Of a DNA stretch of 64,000 bases, positions 1-7,807 are shown in pieces. Location: positions 1 through 64,000 of the IMG/VR virus record IMGVR_UViG_3300008216_002531; one strand, written 5' to 3'. How positions within the stretch are numbered: the stretch's first letter is position 1; each line of letters starts with the position of its first letter. Below the pieces are notes generated by a model. It worked only from the letters and a program-made list of their open reading frames with translations. It searched no databases and was not told the DNA's origin. Source of the stretch: a virus. Made by a program: the position numbers and the translations under genes.

Positions 1-72
1 CCCTTACACCACCCTTTCCCCCCACATTGCCGGGGGGTTCAAACAAAATAAGCCAACAATATTCAATATGTA

Positions 73-273
73 CTAGCTAATCTTCCCCCCTTTGCCCCCT
101 CTATATTTCTTAATACCCTGTCTCGCCCGGTACTTTTGAACCGCATCCCTACTCACGCGCCCTTCCTGCCCACATTCCCACCTAATCCTATTGATCTCAT
201 CCTTAATCCACTCGTCGGTATGCATATTAGCCAGCTTTTCGATGAAGCTTTTCTCTGCTTTGCTAAAACCCAT
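73..273 (-). CDS. Small basic protein, possible HTH DNA-binding
   Basis: 66 aa. N-terminal FSKAEKSFI resembles the N-terminus of the 1041 protein; basic C-terminus; divergent from the late arm. Confidence 0.5.
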   Translation of the reverse strand: MGFSKAEKSFIEKLANMHTDEWIKDEINRIRWECGQEGRVSRDAVQKYRARQGIKKYRGGKGGKIS

Positions 274-289
274 GCTTTTTCCCTCCGTT

Positions 290-302
290 CAGTGTATAAT
301 AC
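290..302 (+). promoter_or_regulatory. Putative phage late promoter (variant CAGTGTATAATAC)
   Basis: Shares the GTGTATAAT core with five other intergenic sites; lies upstream of the sigma-factor operon. Confidence 0.6.
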
Positions 303-348
303 TATGAGTGTATAGGAACCCCACACATTTTAGCGGTAAAACAAAACC

Positions 349-573
349 ATGAGTGAATTTAAACCATCGGACAATGCGATTCCATTGCAAATGTACATCA
401 AGGCGACTGCTGATCTAGAAGTTGATGTTCAAAACGATCTTAAGGTTGAAGACCCAGATGAAAACACGGCAAAAGCTATTCTATCAGGCGAAACCAATGA
501 AAGTACCGAAGGGAATGACGGAGGAACAGGTTCTTCAGACGATCCAGAAAGTGGTTCGCAGAATAGCGCATAA
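349..573 (+). CDS. Hypothetical acidic protein
   Basis: First ATG ORF after the promoter; overlaps the sigma gene by 77 nt. Confidence 0.4.
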   Translation: MSEFKPSDNAIPLQMYIKATADLEVDVQNDLKVEDPDENTAKAILSGETNESTEGNDGGTGSSDDPESGSQNSA

Positions 574-1054
574 ATTCAAGTTTGGTTACTACGACTATGA
601 TGACATCTGTCAAGAGGGCACGATAATTGCCATAGAGGGCTTGAATCGTTACGACGGACGCCATCCATTAGAGAATTTCTTAGCTGTTCATGTATCCAAT
701 CGACTGAAAAATTTCAAGCGTGACAACTTCTGTCGTCAAGAATCCATATCTCCCAGCGGCGACAATAAAGCCTCGTGGGAGTTGCGTAATAACACCAAGA
801 GGTTTTTAATGGAGCCTCTTGATATAGCTGATGTACGCGATGAAAGGGAGTCCAACATGAAAATTGGAAACGACTTCATCGATGGCGTGGAGCAACAGGA
901 ACTTATTGATATTATCGACAGGAAGCTGGAGGTTTCAATGAGATCCGATTACTTACGAATGCTACACGGGGTGTACGTTCCCAAGACTCGCAGAAAACAA
1001 ATTATTAATACCATTGTTACTATTGTTGTGGAGCACACCGATGAAAAAAGGTAG
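497..1054 (+). CDS. Phage RNA polymerase sigma-70-family factor (putative late sigma)
   Basis: Region-2-like motif DYDDICQEG..IAIEGLNRYD..PLENFL..VSNRLKN. Start refined to ATG 497 (MKVPKGMT). Confidence 0.8.
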   Translation: MKVPKGMTEEQVLQTIQKVVRRIAHKFKFGYYDYDDICQEGTIIAIEGLNRYDGRHPLENFLAVHVSNRLKNFKRDNFCRQESISPSGDNKASWELRNNTKRFLMEPLDIADVRDERESNMKIGNDFIDGVEQQELIDIIDRKLEVSMRSDYLRMLHGVYVPKTRRKQIINTIVTIVVEHTDEKR

Positions 1055-1844
1055 ATTCTCCAAAGAAGAGATCGTTTTCATAAAAAAGAGCTTCGAACAC
1101 CTTTCTTATGAAGAAATAGGCACGCGGCTCGATAGAGACCCTGAGAGCGTCGAGAAGTTCATCAAAGAAAAACTAGGCAAAAACGTCTCGTCTACAGAAG
1201 AACGTGCGGTACAGGCTGAATACAACCTTAAACAGCGTCTCTACTGGAAAGATCTCAAAGACCAGTTCAGTAAAGACGAATTGGAGATGATTTTATTCCA
1301 TTGGGGTCGCATGATTGGGCAGTTCAGAGATGATGTTCTGCCTACGGAAGAACTTCAAGTTCTTGACACGATCAAGTTGGAGATTCTCATGAACCGCGCA
1401 TTGAAAGAGCAACAAAAGAGCATGCGAGATATCGAAGACTTGGAAGACTGGGTGACGAAGGAAAAACAGGTTTCTATCGAAGACAGGGACATGGATCGAA
1501 TTTTTAATCTTGAAAGACAGATAGCCGTCCTACGCGCCTCTCAAGAGAGCCTGAACAAAGATTATAAGGATTTGCAACAAAAAAAGGGAGTGATGCTCCG
1601 CGATTTAAAAGCCACTCGGGAGCAACGCATTAAGAAACTGGAAGATTCAAAACAGACATTCACGGGGTGGATTAAAAAACTCGTAGAAGATCCAATATAT
1701 ACCAGAGAAATCGGCCTCGACATGGAAAAGATGCGAATGGCTTATCAGAAAGAAGAAGCTAGGCTTTCTGAGTACCACCAATACGAGGATGGCGGCTTAG
1801 ACCAGCCATTCTTAACCCCAGAAACGGCTAAAGATGATGATTAA
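1041..1844 (+). CDS. N-terminal HTH-like plus long coiled-coil protein (candidate terminase small subunit or regulator)
   Basis: GRFSKEEIVFI..LSYEEIGTRLDR is HTH-like; heptad-rich C-terminal half. Start refined to ATG 1041. Function is inferred. Confidence 0.5.
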   Translation: MKKGRFSKEEIVFIKKSFEHLSYEEIGTRLDRDPESVEKFIKEKLGKNVSSTEERAVQAEYNLKQRLYWKDLKDQFSKDELEMILFHWGRMIGQFRDDVLPTEELQVLDTIKLEILMNRALKEQQKSMRDIEDLEDWVTKEKQVSIEDRDMDRIFNLERQIAVLRASQESLNKDYKDLQQKKGVMLRDLKATREQRIKKLEDSKQTFTGWIKKLVEDPIYTREIGLDMEKMRMAYQKEEARLSEYHQYEDGGLDQPFLTPETAKDDD

Positions 1845-2364
1845 ACATACAATTTTTCTAAAATGGTGGCTCTTTATGAGCATCGTTCTTATCGCCTCTA
1901 TATTTGGCTACAGGAACGGCGTGTTTACTGAAGTATATGAAGCTGACTTCACCAAGCTAAGTGTCGTTCTCGCCGCCCTCTTTACTTACATGTCTATTTG
2001 GTGCGGAGTCAAAACGTGGCAACTTAGCCAGTTCCTAGACACATACGATCCAGACAAAGAAAACAACTCTGTAGTCGTAGAGAGAATCGAACACCTAACC
2101 GAAGTCGGTTGGTTCGTATCCGACCTGTGCCTAAGCATCGGTATGATCGGAACCGTGGTTGGCTTTATCATGATGCTCGGCGGCTTCTTTACCGTTGACT
2201 TCTCAGACACCGCCACTCTCCAAAATCTTATCAAAGATCTAGGCTCCGGTATGTCTGTCGCCCTCTACACAACCCTAGTTGGACTTGTTTGTTCTGCTTT
2301 GTTAAAGGTACAGTATTTCAATCTTAACCAAGGTATCTCTCGCATATTGGCTAAGATGTCATGA
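1834..2364 (+). CDS. MotA/TolQ/ExbB proton-channel family protein
   Basis: Four hydrophobic segments; GMIGTVVGFI and GMSVALYTTLVGL match the family TM motifs. Confidence 0.85.
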   Translation: MMIKHTIFLKWWLFMSIVLIASIFGYRNGVFTEVYEADFTKLSVVLAALFTYMSIWCGVKTWQLSQFLDTYDPDKENNSVVVERIEHLTEVGWFVSDLCLSIGMIGTVVGFIMMLGGFFTVDFSDTATLQNLIKDLGSGMSVALYTTLVGLVCSALLKVQYFNLNQGISRILAKMS

Positions 2365-2966
2365 GAAAACGCACATACGATACAAATGTAGCATTTCTAG
2401 ATCTGTTGTTTAACACCCTCCTGTGTTTCGCCGCCCTCTTTACTCTTTCTTTCGTAATGATTAACCCATCTAGAGAGAACGCTAACACGGAGTCAAAAGC
2501 GGAGTTCATTATTACCGTAACTTGGCCACACGAACAGGATAACGACGTTGACGTATACGTTGAAGACCCGGAAGGCCACCTTGTTTCTTTCTCCCGTCGA
2601 GAAGACGGCCTTATGCATCTAGACCGTGACGACTTGGGACATAGAAACGATACTATCCAGACGCCAGACGGCCCCATCACGTATAATGAAAACAGGGAGA
2701 TTGTTTCCATTCGCGGCATACTTCCCGGTGAATATATCGTAAACGTACATATGTATCATAAAAACTCCGTCGAGAATTGTCCCGTCACCATCCAACTTGA
2801 TAAAATTAACCCTTTCAAGACTGCCGCCCTCAAAGAAGTCACCTTAGTAATTAAAGAAGAAGAGAAAACAGCCTTTCGCTTCACTGTGAATCAAAATGGC
2901 GACGTGATTGACGTAAATGAATTACCCAAAGACTTAGCCCACGCAAATCGAGCACCTCCTCTATGA
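2361..2966 (+). CDS. ExbD/TolR/MotB-like single-TM partner with soluble beta-rich (YfaP/DUF2135-like) domain
   Basis: AFLDLLFN TM with the conserved Asp; W....DVDVYVEDPEG, LDRDD and PGEYIVNVHMY motifs; ATGA-coupled to the MotA-like gene. Confidence 0.65.
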   Translation: MRKRTYDTNVAFLDLLFNTLLCFAALFTLSFVMINPSRENANTESKAEFIITVTWPHEQDNDVDVYVEDPEGHLVSFSRREDGLMHLDRDDLGHRNDTIQTPDGPITYNENREIVSIRGILPGEYIVNVHMYHKNSVENCPVTIQLDKINPFKTAALKEVTLVIKEEEKTAFRFTVNQNGDVIDVNELPKDLAHANRAPPL

Positions 2967-3514
2967 ACATCATTCCCACCTTTATCCTGCTTGGGGGATT
3001 AATACTCTGGTTCGTAATAGGAACTAAAGGGTACTGGTCGCTTAAAATGATTCTCATCACCATGACGGTGTGTTTTAGCCTATTCCTGTCACAGACCATG
3101 GAAGACGTGCGGGGGTGGCCTACGGACGATGAGCTTCCAAATAAGTTCAGAGTGCATTGGATAGTTATCAAGGAGCCAAGCAAAACGGATCATAATAAAA
3201 AGGGCGGGATATATCTGTGGGTAACGGATCTGGCCGGTGACGGGAAACAGCCTCGTGCCTACAGGTCTGAATACAGTCGCGAGAAACACGAGGACGCCCA
3301 GAAAGCCATCGGAATGATTATGGAGGGAAAGCCTGTCGCGGGTAGTCGCGGGGGTTCTGAGGGTGAAGGAGAGGGCGAGGGAGAGGGCGAAGGAGAGGGA
3401 GACGGCAAAAAGGGGCAAGGACAAGGAAATGGAACTGGCGACGGTAGCCTCAGTGATAGTCCCGAGATTATCTTTCATGAGCTACCACCGTCTAAATTAC
3501 CGGAGAAAAATTAA
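2963..3514 (+). CDS. Membrane protein with Gly-Glu repeat linker (third gene of the MotA-like module)
   Basis: Two N-terminal TM segments, (GE)n tract, coupled overlap. Confidence 0.6.
   Translation: MNIIPTFILLGGLILWFVIGTKGYWSLKMILITMTVCFSLFLSQTMEDVRGWPTDDELPNKFRVHWIVIKEPSKTDHNKKGGIYLWVTDLAGDGKQPRAYRSEYSREKHEDAQKAIGMIMEGKPVAGSRGGSEGEGEGEGEGEGEGDGKKGQGQGNGTGDGSLSDSPEIIFHELPPSKLPEKN
3359..3403 (+). repeat. Degenerate hexamer tandem repeat encoding (Glu-Gly)7
   Basis: gagggt gaagga gagggc gaggga gagggc gaagga gaggga. Confidence 0.8.
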
Positions 3515-4539
3515 TGAATAAAAACGCCGTGGTATTTGGTATAACTGGTCAAGACGGTTCATACCTAGCGGAACTATTACTGAGCAAGGATTACAATGTA
3601 ATCGGAGTAACTCGAAGGGTTAGCACAGGCAACACGGGCCGGATTGCACACCTCATGGACTGTCCACACTTGCGTTTAGTAGAGGGCGACTTAACTGACT
3701 ATAGCAGCATACTGCGCACTATCGAAGAATACGAGCCAAAAGAGGTGTATAATCTTGCAGCGATGAGCCATGTTGGCACATCTTTTGACCAACCCCTGCT
3801 TTCATTTGATGTCACTGGAAAAGGATGCCTAAATATCCTAGAAGTGCTTAGGGAGCATAGTCCCTACACAAGGTTTTATCAAGCGTCTTCCAGTGAAATG
3901 TTCGGAGATGCTTTAACACAAAGAGGAGGCGACAAGTTTCAGGACGAGAACACTTTATTTAGACCTCAATCTCCGTATGCTATAGCTAAGCTCGCCGCTC
4001 ATCATGCCACTAGATTATATAGAAACTCTTATGGATTACACGCTAGTTGCGGCATTCTCTTTAATCACGAAAGCGAGAGAAGAGGTGGCCGGTTTGTTAC
4101 AAAAAAGATCACCAAGTATATAGCGAAGCTACATCACTACCTTGAAGGGGGCGGAAATCTAGAATCTGCACCAAAGCTGCATTTAGGAAACTTAGACGCA
4201 AAAAGGGACTGGGGGCACGCTGAAGATTATGTGCGCGCCATGTGGATGATATTACAGGAAGATAAACCAGACGATTATGTGATTGCTACCGGAACCACAC
4301 ATTCCGTTAGGGATTTTCTGGAAGCCGCGTTTAGTAAAATTGATATAGAAGATTACATGGATTTTGTAGTTCAAGATCCAAGATTTATGAGGCCATCCGA
4401 AGTCCCGTATTTAAAGGGGTGCTACTCCAAGGCAAAAGTAGTGCTGGGATGGGATCCGCAGGTGGGATTTGACGGATTAGTTTCTAGGATGGTATCATAC
4501 GATATCCAACAATTCAAGGAACAGGAGATGATAGGATGA
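3514..4539 (+). CDS. gmd: GDP-mannose 4,6-dehydratase
   Basis: GITGQDGSYLAE, YNLAAMSHV, YQASSSEMFG, SPYAIAK, LFNHES, LGNLDAKRDWGHA. Confidence 0.95.
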   Translation: MNKNAVVFGITGQDGSYLAELLLSKDYNVIGVTRRVSTGNTGRIAHLMDCPHLRLVEGDLTDYSSILRTIEEYEPKEVYNLAAMSHVGTSFDQPLLSFDVTGKGCLNILEVLREHSPYTRFYQASSSEMFGDALTQRGGDKFQDENTLFRPQSPYAIAKLAAHHATRLYRNSYGLHASCGILFNHESERRGGRFVTKKITKYIAKLHHYLEGGGNLESAPKLHLGNLDAKRDWGHAEDYVRAMWMILQEDKPDDYVIATGTTHSVRDFLEAAFSKIDIEDYMDFVVQDPRFMRPSEVPYLKGCYSKAKVVLGWDPQVGFDGLVSRMVSYDIQQFKEQEMIG

Positions 4540-4886
4540 GTAAAAAAACTACGTTTCTAGCCACAGTGGCTACTCTTACGTTAGCAGTGTTGGTTTATCA
4601 TACTTCTCTGCTTCGTAGTGAGGTTTTCTCTTTGAGAGAGGAAGCCAACGGACACGCCGAGGATATTTATTTTCTTATGAAGAGTGACAGCGCAAGGCTG
4701 TATACGATTATGGATACGGAGGTTAGGATCTTACATTACGCCAAACCTCACAAGCACGATATGTGGGCTTGCCCAGAGTGTGCTGAACAAAAAGATCGGG
4801 AAAAATTAAATGCCCAAAAAAAAATACAAGATAAAAGTAGACATAAGCAAAGCGCTGAAGGAGTTGGAGAAGCTGGGCCTAAGTGA
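4536..4886 (+). CDS. Membrane-anchored hypothetical protein with His/CxxC cluster
   Basis: N-terminal hydrophobic helix; HKHDMWACPEC. Confidence 0.6.
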   Translation: MSKKTTFLATVATLTLAVLVYHTSLLRSEVFSLREEANGHAEDIYFLMKSDSARLYTIMDTEVRILHYAKPHKHDMWACPECAEQKDREKLNAQKKIQDKSRHKQSAEGVGEAGPK

Positions 4887-5061
4887 AACAAAGGCCATCT
4901 TTTGGGTTACTACCAACTCTGAAGATCCAGACGACGCATGCGCAGAAGCTCATGAAAAAGTTTACAAGATGATATCTAAACAGCGTAAAAATCCCCGCTA
5001 TAAAGAGGCGGCGGAAATTGTCAAGAAGAAGATGAAAATTATTAAGATTCAGCGGGTGTAA
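4810..5061 (+). CDS. Hypothetical basic protein
   Basis: 83 aa ORF filling the operon. Confidence 0.55.
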   Translation: MPKKKYKIKVDISKALKELEKLGLSETKAIFWVTTNSEDPDDACAEAHEKVYKMISKQRKNPRYKEAAEIVKKKMKIIKIQRV

Positions 5062-5062
5062 T

Positions 5063-5350
5063 GTGCATAAAAGAGATTTTAGCGATCCCTTATATAAAGA
5101 ATGGAGACGCCGTATAAAAAAGAGGGACAAATATTCGTGCAAGATGCCGGGGTGTTCTAGGGGAGGAAGGTATACTCAGGTACACCACATCAAGAGGTGG
5201 TCGGATTATCCTTCTCTTAGATACGAGGACTCTAATGGTATAACGCTTTGTAACTTTTGTCACAAAATGGTTACAGACAAGGAGCTATACTATGAACCGC
5301 TTTTTAACAATATAATAAGTGCTATGAATGATAATAATTCAGGACACTAG
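5063..5350 (+). CDS. HNH endonuclease
   Basis: RDKYSCKMPGC..QVHHI..NGITLCNFCH. Confidence 0.9.
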   Translation: MHKRDFSDPLYKEWRRRIKKRDKYSCKMPGCSRGGRYTQVHHIKRWSDYPSLRYEDSNGITLCNFCHKMVTDKELYYEPLFNNIISAMNDNNSGH

Positions 5351-5783
5351 AGAACAAAACCCATTTAGTTTTGCTTTTTATGATTGCGAAACTACAATAG
5401 CTACGCTTAAGACTGGAGATTATACGCTTCAGGGATACGAAGAAGTTATAGCTATAGAAAGAAAGAAAAGCACTTCTGAACTAGCTACTAACCTTGGCAA
5501 GCACAAAGATAGATTTGAGAGAGAAATGGAGCGCTTGTCTAAGTTTGATCATAAGTATATCGTTTGCGAATTTACAGAAAGCGATTTATTGCAGTTCCCT
5601 TTGAACTCTTCCATCCCCAAGCGTATTATTAAATATATCAGGATGAACGGCAAGTTCATGAGAAAACAGCTTTATAAGTACGAAGAAGACTATGGGGTTT
5701 CTGTTATATTTTGCGATGGAAAAGAAGAGGCTGAAAGCAAAGTGATAGATATATTTCAAGAGATAGTCAGACAACATGAGTGA
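5328..5783 (+). CDS. ERCC4/XPF-domain nuclease
   Basis: IIQDTREQ, LKTGDY, AIERK motifs. Confidence 0.88.
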   Translation: MIIIQDTREQNPFSFAFYDCETTIATLKTGDYTLQGYEEVIAIERKKSTSELATNLGKHKDRFEREMERLSKFDHKYIVCEFTESDLLQFPLNSSIPKRIIKYIRMNGKFMRKQLYKYEEDYGVSVIFCDGKEEAESKVIDIFQEIVRQHE

Positions 5784-7740
5784 TCTAAAAACCATTGAAG
5801 ATGCTTGGTTAAATATAGACATAGATGAGAAGAGTCTTTTCAATCCGCTGTCAATTCTTTCGTCTGAAGATCCAGATAAATTTCAGATGCATCTAGCTTG
5901 GTTCATGAGCAATCCTGAGTATTTTAGCTTTATAGTTAAGAATATTTTTAACATTGACCTTTTGCCTGTTCAAGCATTAATGCTAAAGGAGATGTGGAAT
6001 CGCAAGTTCCCCATGCTTATAGCGTCCAGAGGTTTTGGCAAATCGTTCATTTTGTCTCTGTACGCTATGATGAGGGCCGTTCTTTTATCTCCGCGTAAAG
6101 TTGTTATTGTCGGCGCTGCTTTTCGCCAATCAAAAGTTCTGTTTGAATATATGGAGACAATCTATAAAAACGCCCCCATACTTCGAGACATGATAACTTG
6201 CACTCCAAGACGCGATGTAGACAGATGCCAAATGACCATTGGTGACAGCACTATTATATGCTTACCGCTGGGTGATGGATCAAAGATTAGAGGCCAGCGG
6301 GCTAATGATATTATCGCAGACGAATTTGCGTCTATTCCTCGCGAAATATTCGAAAATGTTGTTGCGGGATTTGCTGCTGTAAGTTCATCCCCTATAGAAA
6401 ACGTAAAGAGAGTAGCGGCCCAGAAGAAGGCTCTTGAGCTAGGAAATGAGATCGAGGATGAAGAAGAAGTTTTGACTAATATTTCAAACCAAATTATTCT
6501 CTCTGGTACTGCTTATTATGATTTTAATCATTTCTCAGAGTATTGGAAAAAGTGGAAGTCTATAATAAAAAGCAGGGGGAGGAAAAAGCATCTTCAAGAA
6601 ATCTTTGGTGATGATAAAATTCCCAACGGGTTTGATTGGCGCCAGTACAGTATCATCAGAATTCCCTTTGAGCTTGTTCCAGAGGGGTTTATGGATGATG
6701 CTCAGGTAGCCAGATCTAGAGCCACTGTTCATTCTGGCATTTATGAGATGGAATTTGGAGCTTGTTTTAGTACGGATAGTCAAGGCTTCTTTAAAAGATC
6801 TCTTATAGAGACTTGTGTCGCTTCTTATCAAAATAACATTTCGCTGCCTAGCGGAGAGGTTGCTTTTGAGGCGGTTTTAAAAGGAAATCCTAATTGTAGA
6901 TATATATATGGCGTGGACCCCGCTTCAGAAGTAGACAACTTCAGCATTGTTGTTATCGAGCTACATGAAGATCACCGTCGTGTTGTTCATTGTTGGACCA
7001 CCACCAGAGCAGACCACAAGATTAAAGTTAAGATGGGCATTGTTAAAGAAACCGATTTTTACTCATATTGCGCTCGTAAAATTCGCGACTTGATGAAGAC
7101 CTTTCCGTGCGAAAGAATTGCTATGGATGCTCAAGGGGGAGGCATCGCGGTTATGGAGGCTTTGCACGACGGAGATAAAATAGAGGAGGGCGAGCTTCCG
7201 ATATGGGAAATCATAGACGACAACAAGGAAAAAGACACTGATGGAAATCCGGGTTTGCATATTTTGGAAATGTGTCAATTTGCTAAGTCTGATTGGTTGG
7301 CAGAAGGAAATCATGGCATGAGAAAAGATTTTGAGGACAAGGTTTTACTGTTTCCGTTTTTCGACGCTGTCTCTTTGGGTATTGCCGCTTCCGAAGATAA
7401 GATTGAAAAGAGAAAGTATGACACTTTAGAAGACTGTGTTATGGAGATTGAAGAGCTTAAAGACGAGTTGTCTATGATTGTGATGAGTCAAACTGCATCC
7501 GGCAGAGATAAATGGGACACACCAGAAGTTAAACTTCCGGGCGGTAGAAAAAGTCGTCTAAGAAAAGACAGGTATAGTGCCCTATTGATGGCTAATATGG
7601 CCGGTAGAACCATGCAGAGAACCCCGATTCCTCCTACTCACGAATTTACGGGTGGCTTTGCTGCAAGGGGGGATTCTCTGGATGGGCCGGATTTTATAGG
7701 GCCTGCGTGGTTTACAGAGGGTATGAAGGATATTTATTAA
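5776..7740 (+). CDS. terL: Terminase large subunit
   Basis: Walker A ASRGFGKS, IRGQRA, Walker B IIADE, nuclease GVDPA, C-terminal KDRYSA; lies before the portal. Confidence 0.92.
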   Translation: MSDLKTIEDAWLNIDIDEKSLFNPLSILSSEDPDKFQMHLAWFMSNPEYFSFIVKNIFNIDLLPVQALMLKEMWNRKFPMLIASRGFGKSFILSLYAMMRAVLLSPRKVVIVGAAFRQSKVLFEYMETIYKNAPILRDMITCTPRRDVDRCQMTIGDSTIICLPLGDGSKIRGQRANDIIADEFASIPREIFENVVAGFAAVSSSPIENVKRVAAQKKALELGNEIEDEEEVLTNISNQIILSGTAYYDFNHFSEYWKKWKSIIKSRGRKKHLQEIFGDDKIPNGFDWRQYSIIRIPFELVPEGFMDDAQVARSRATVHSGIYEMEFGACFSTDSQGFFKRSLIETCVASYQNNISLPSGEVAFEAVLKGNPNCRYIYGVDPASEVDNFSIVVIELHEDHRRVVHCWTTTRADHKIKVKMGIVKETDFYSYCARKIRDLMKTFPCERIAMDAQGGGIAVMEALHDGDKIEEGELPIWEIIDDNKEKDTDGNPGLHILEMCQFAKSDWLAEGNHGMRKDFEDKVLLFPFFDAVSLGIAASEDKIEKRKYDTLEDCVMEIEELKDELSMIVMSQTASGRDKWDTPEVKLPGGRKSRLRKDRYSALLMANMAGRTMQRTPIPPTHEFTGGFAARGDSLDGPDFIGPAWFTEGMKDIY

Positions 7741-7747
7741 AGCCCAA

Positions 7748-7758
7748 TGGTGTATAAT
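7748..7758 (+). promoter_or_regulatory. Putative late promoter TGGTGTATAAT
   Basis: Intergenic before the portal; the 18-mer AATGGTGTATAATACTGT is identical to the site at 48007. Confidence 0.75.
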
Positions 7759-7807
7759 ACTGTGAATAGGTATTCAATACCATTACAATTCTATTACAGG
7801 TGTTAGC

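Noticed and set aside
422-496. Longer N-terminus of the sigma ORF from 422 (and similar extensions at 1014, 17055, 20046, 22398, 49281, 53136)
   Set aside because: The extensions overlap neighbouring genes or lack an RBS; downstream ATGs fit coupling and RBS better.
3744-3753. GGTGTATAAT promoter-like match inside gmd
   Set aside because: It encodes the conserved EVYN of GMD, lacks the 5' T and is intragenic, so it is probably coincidental.
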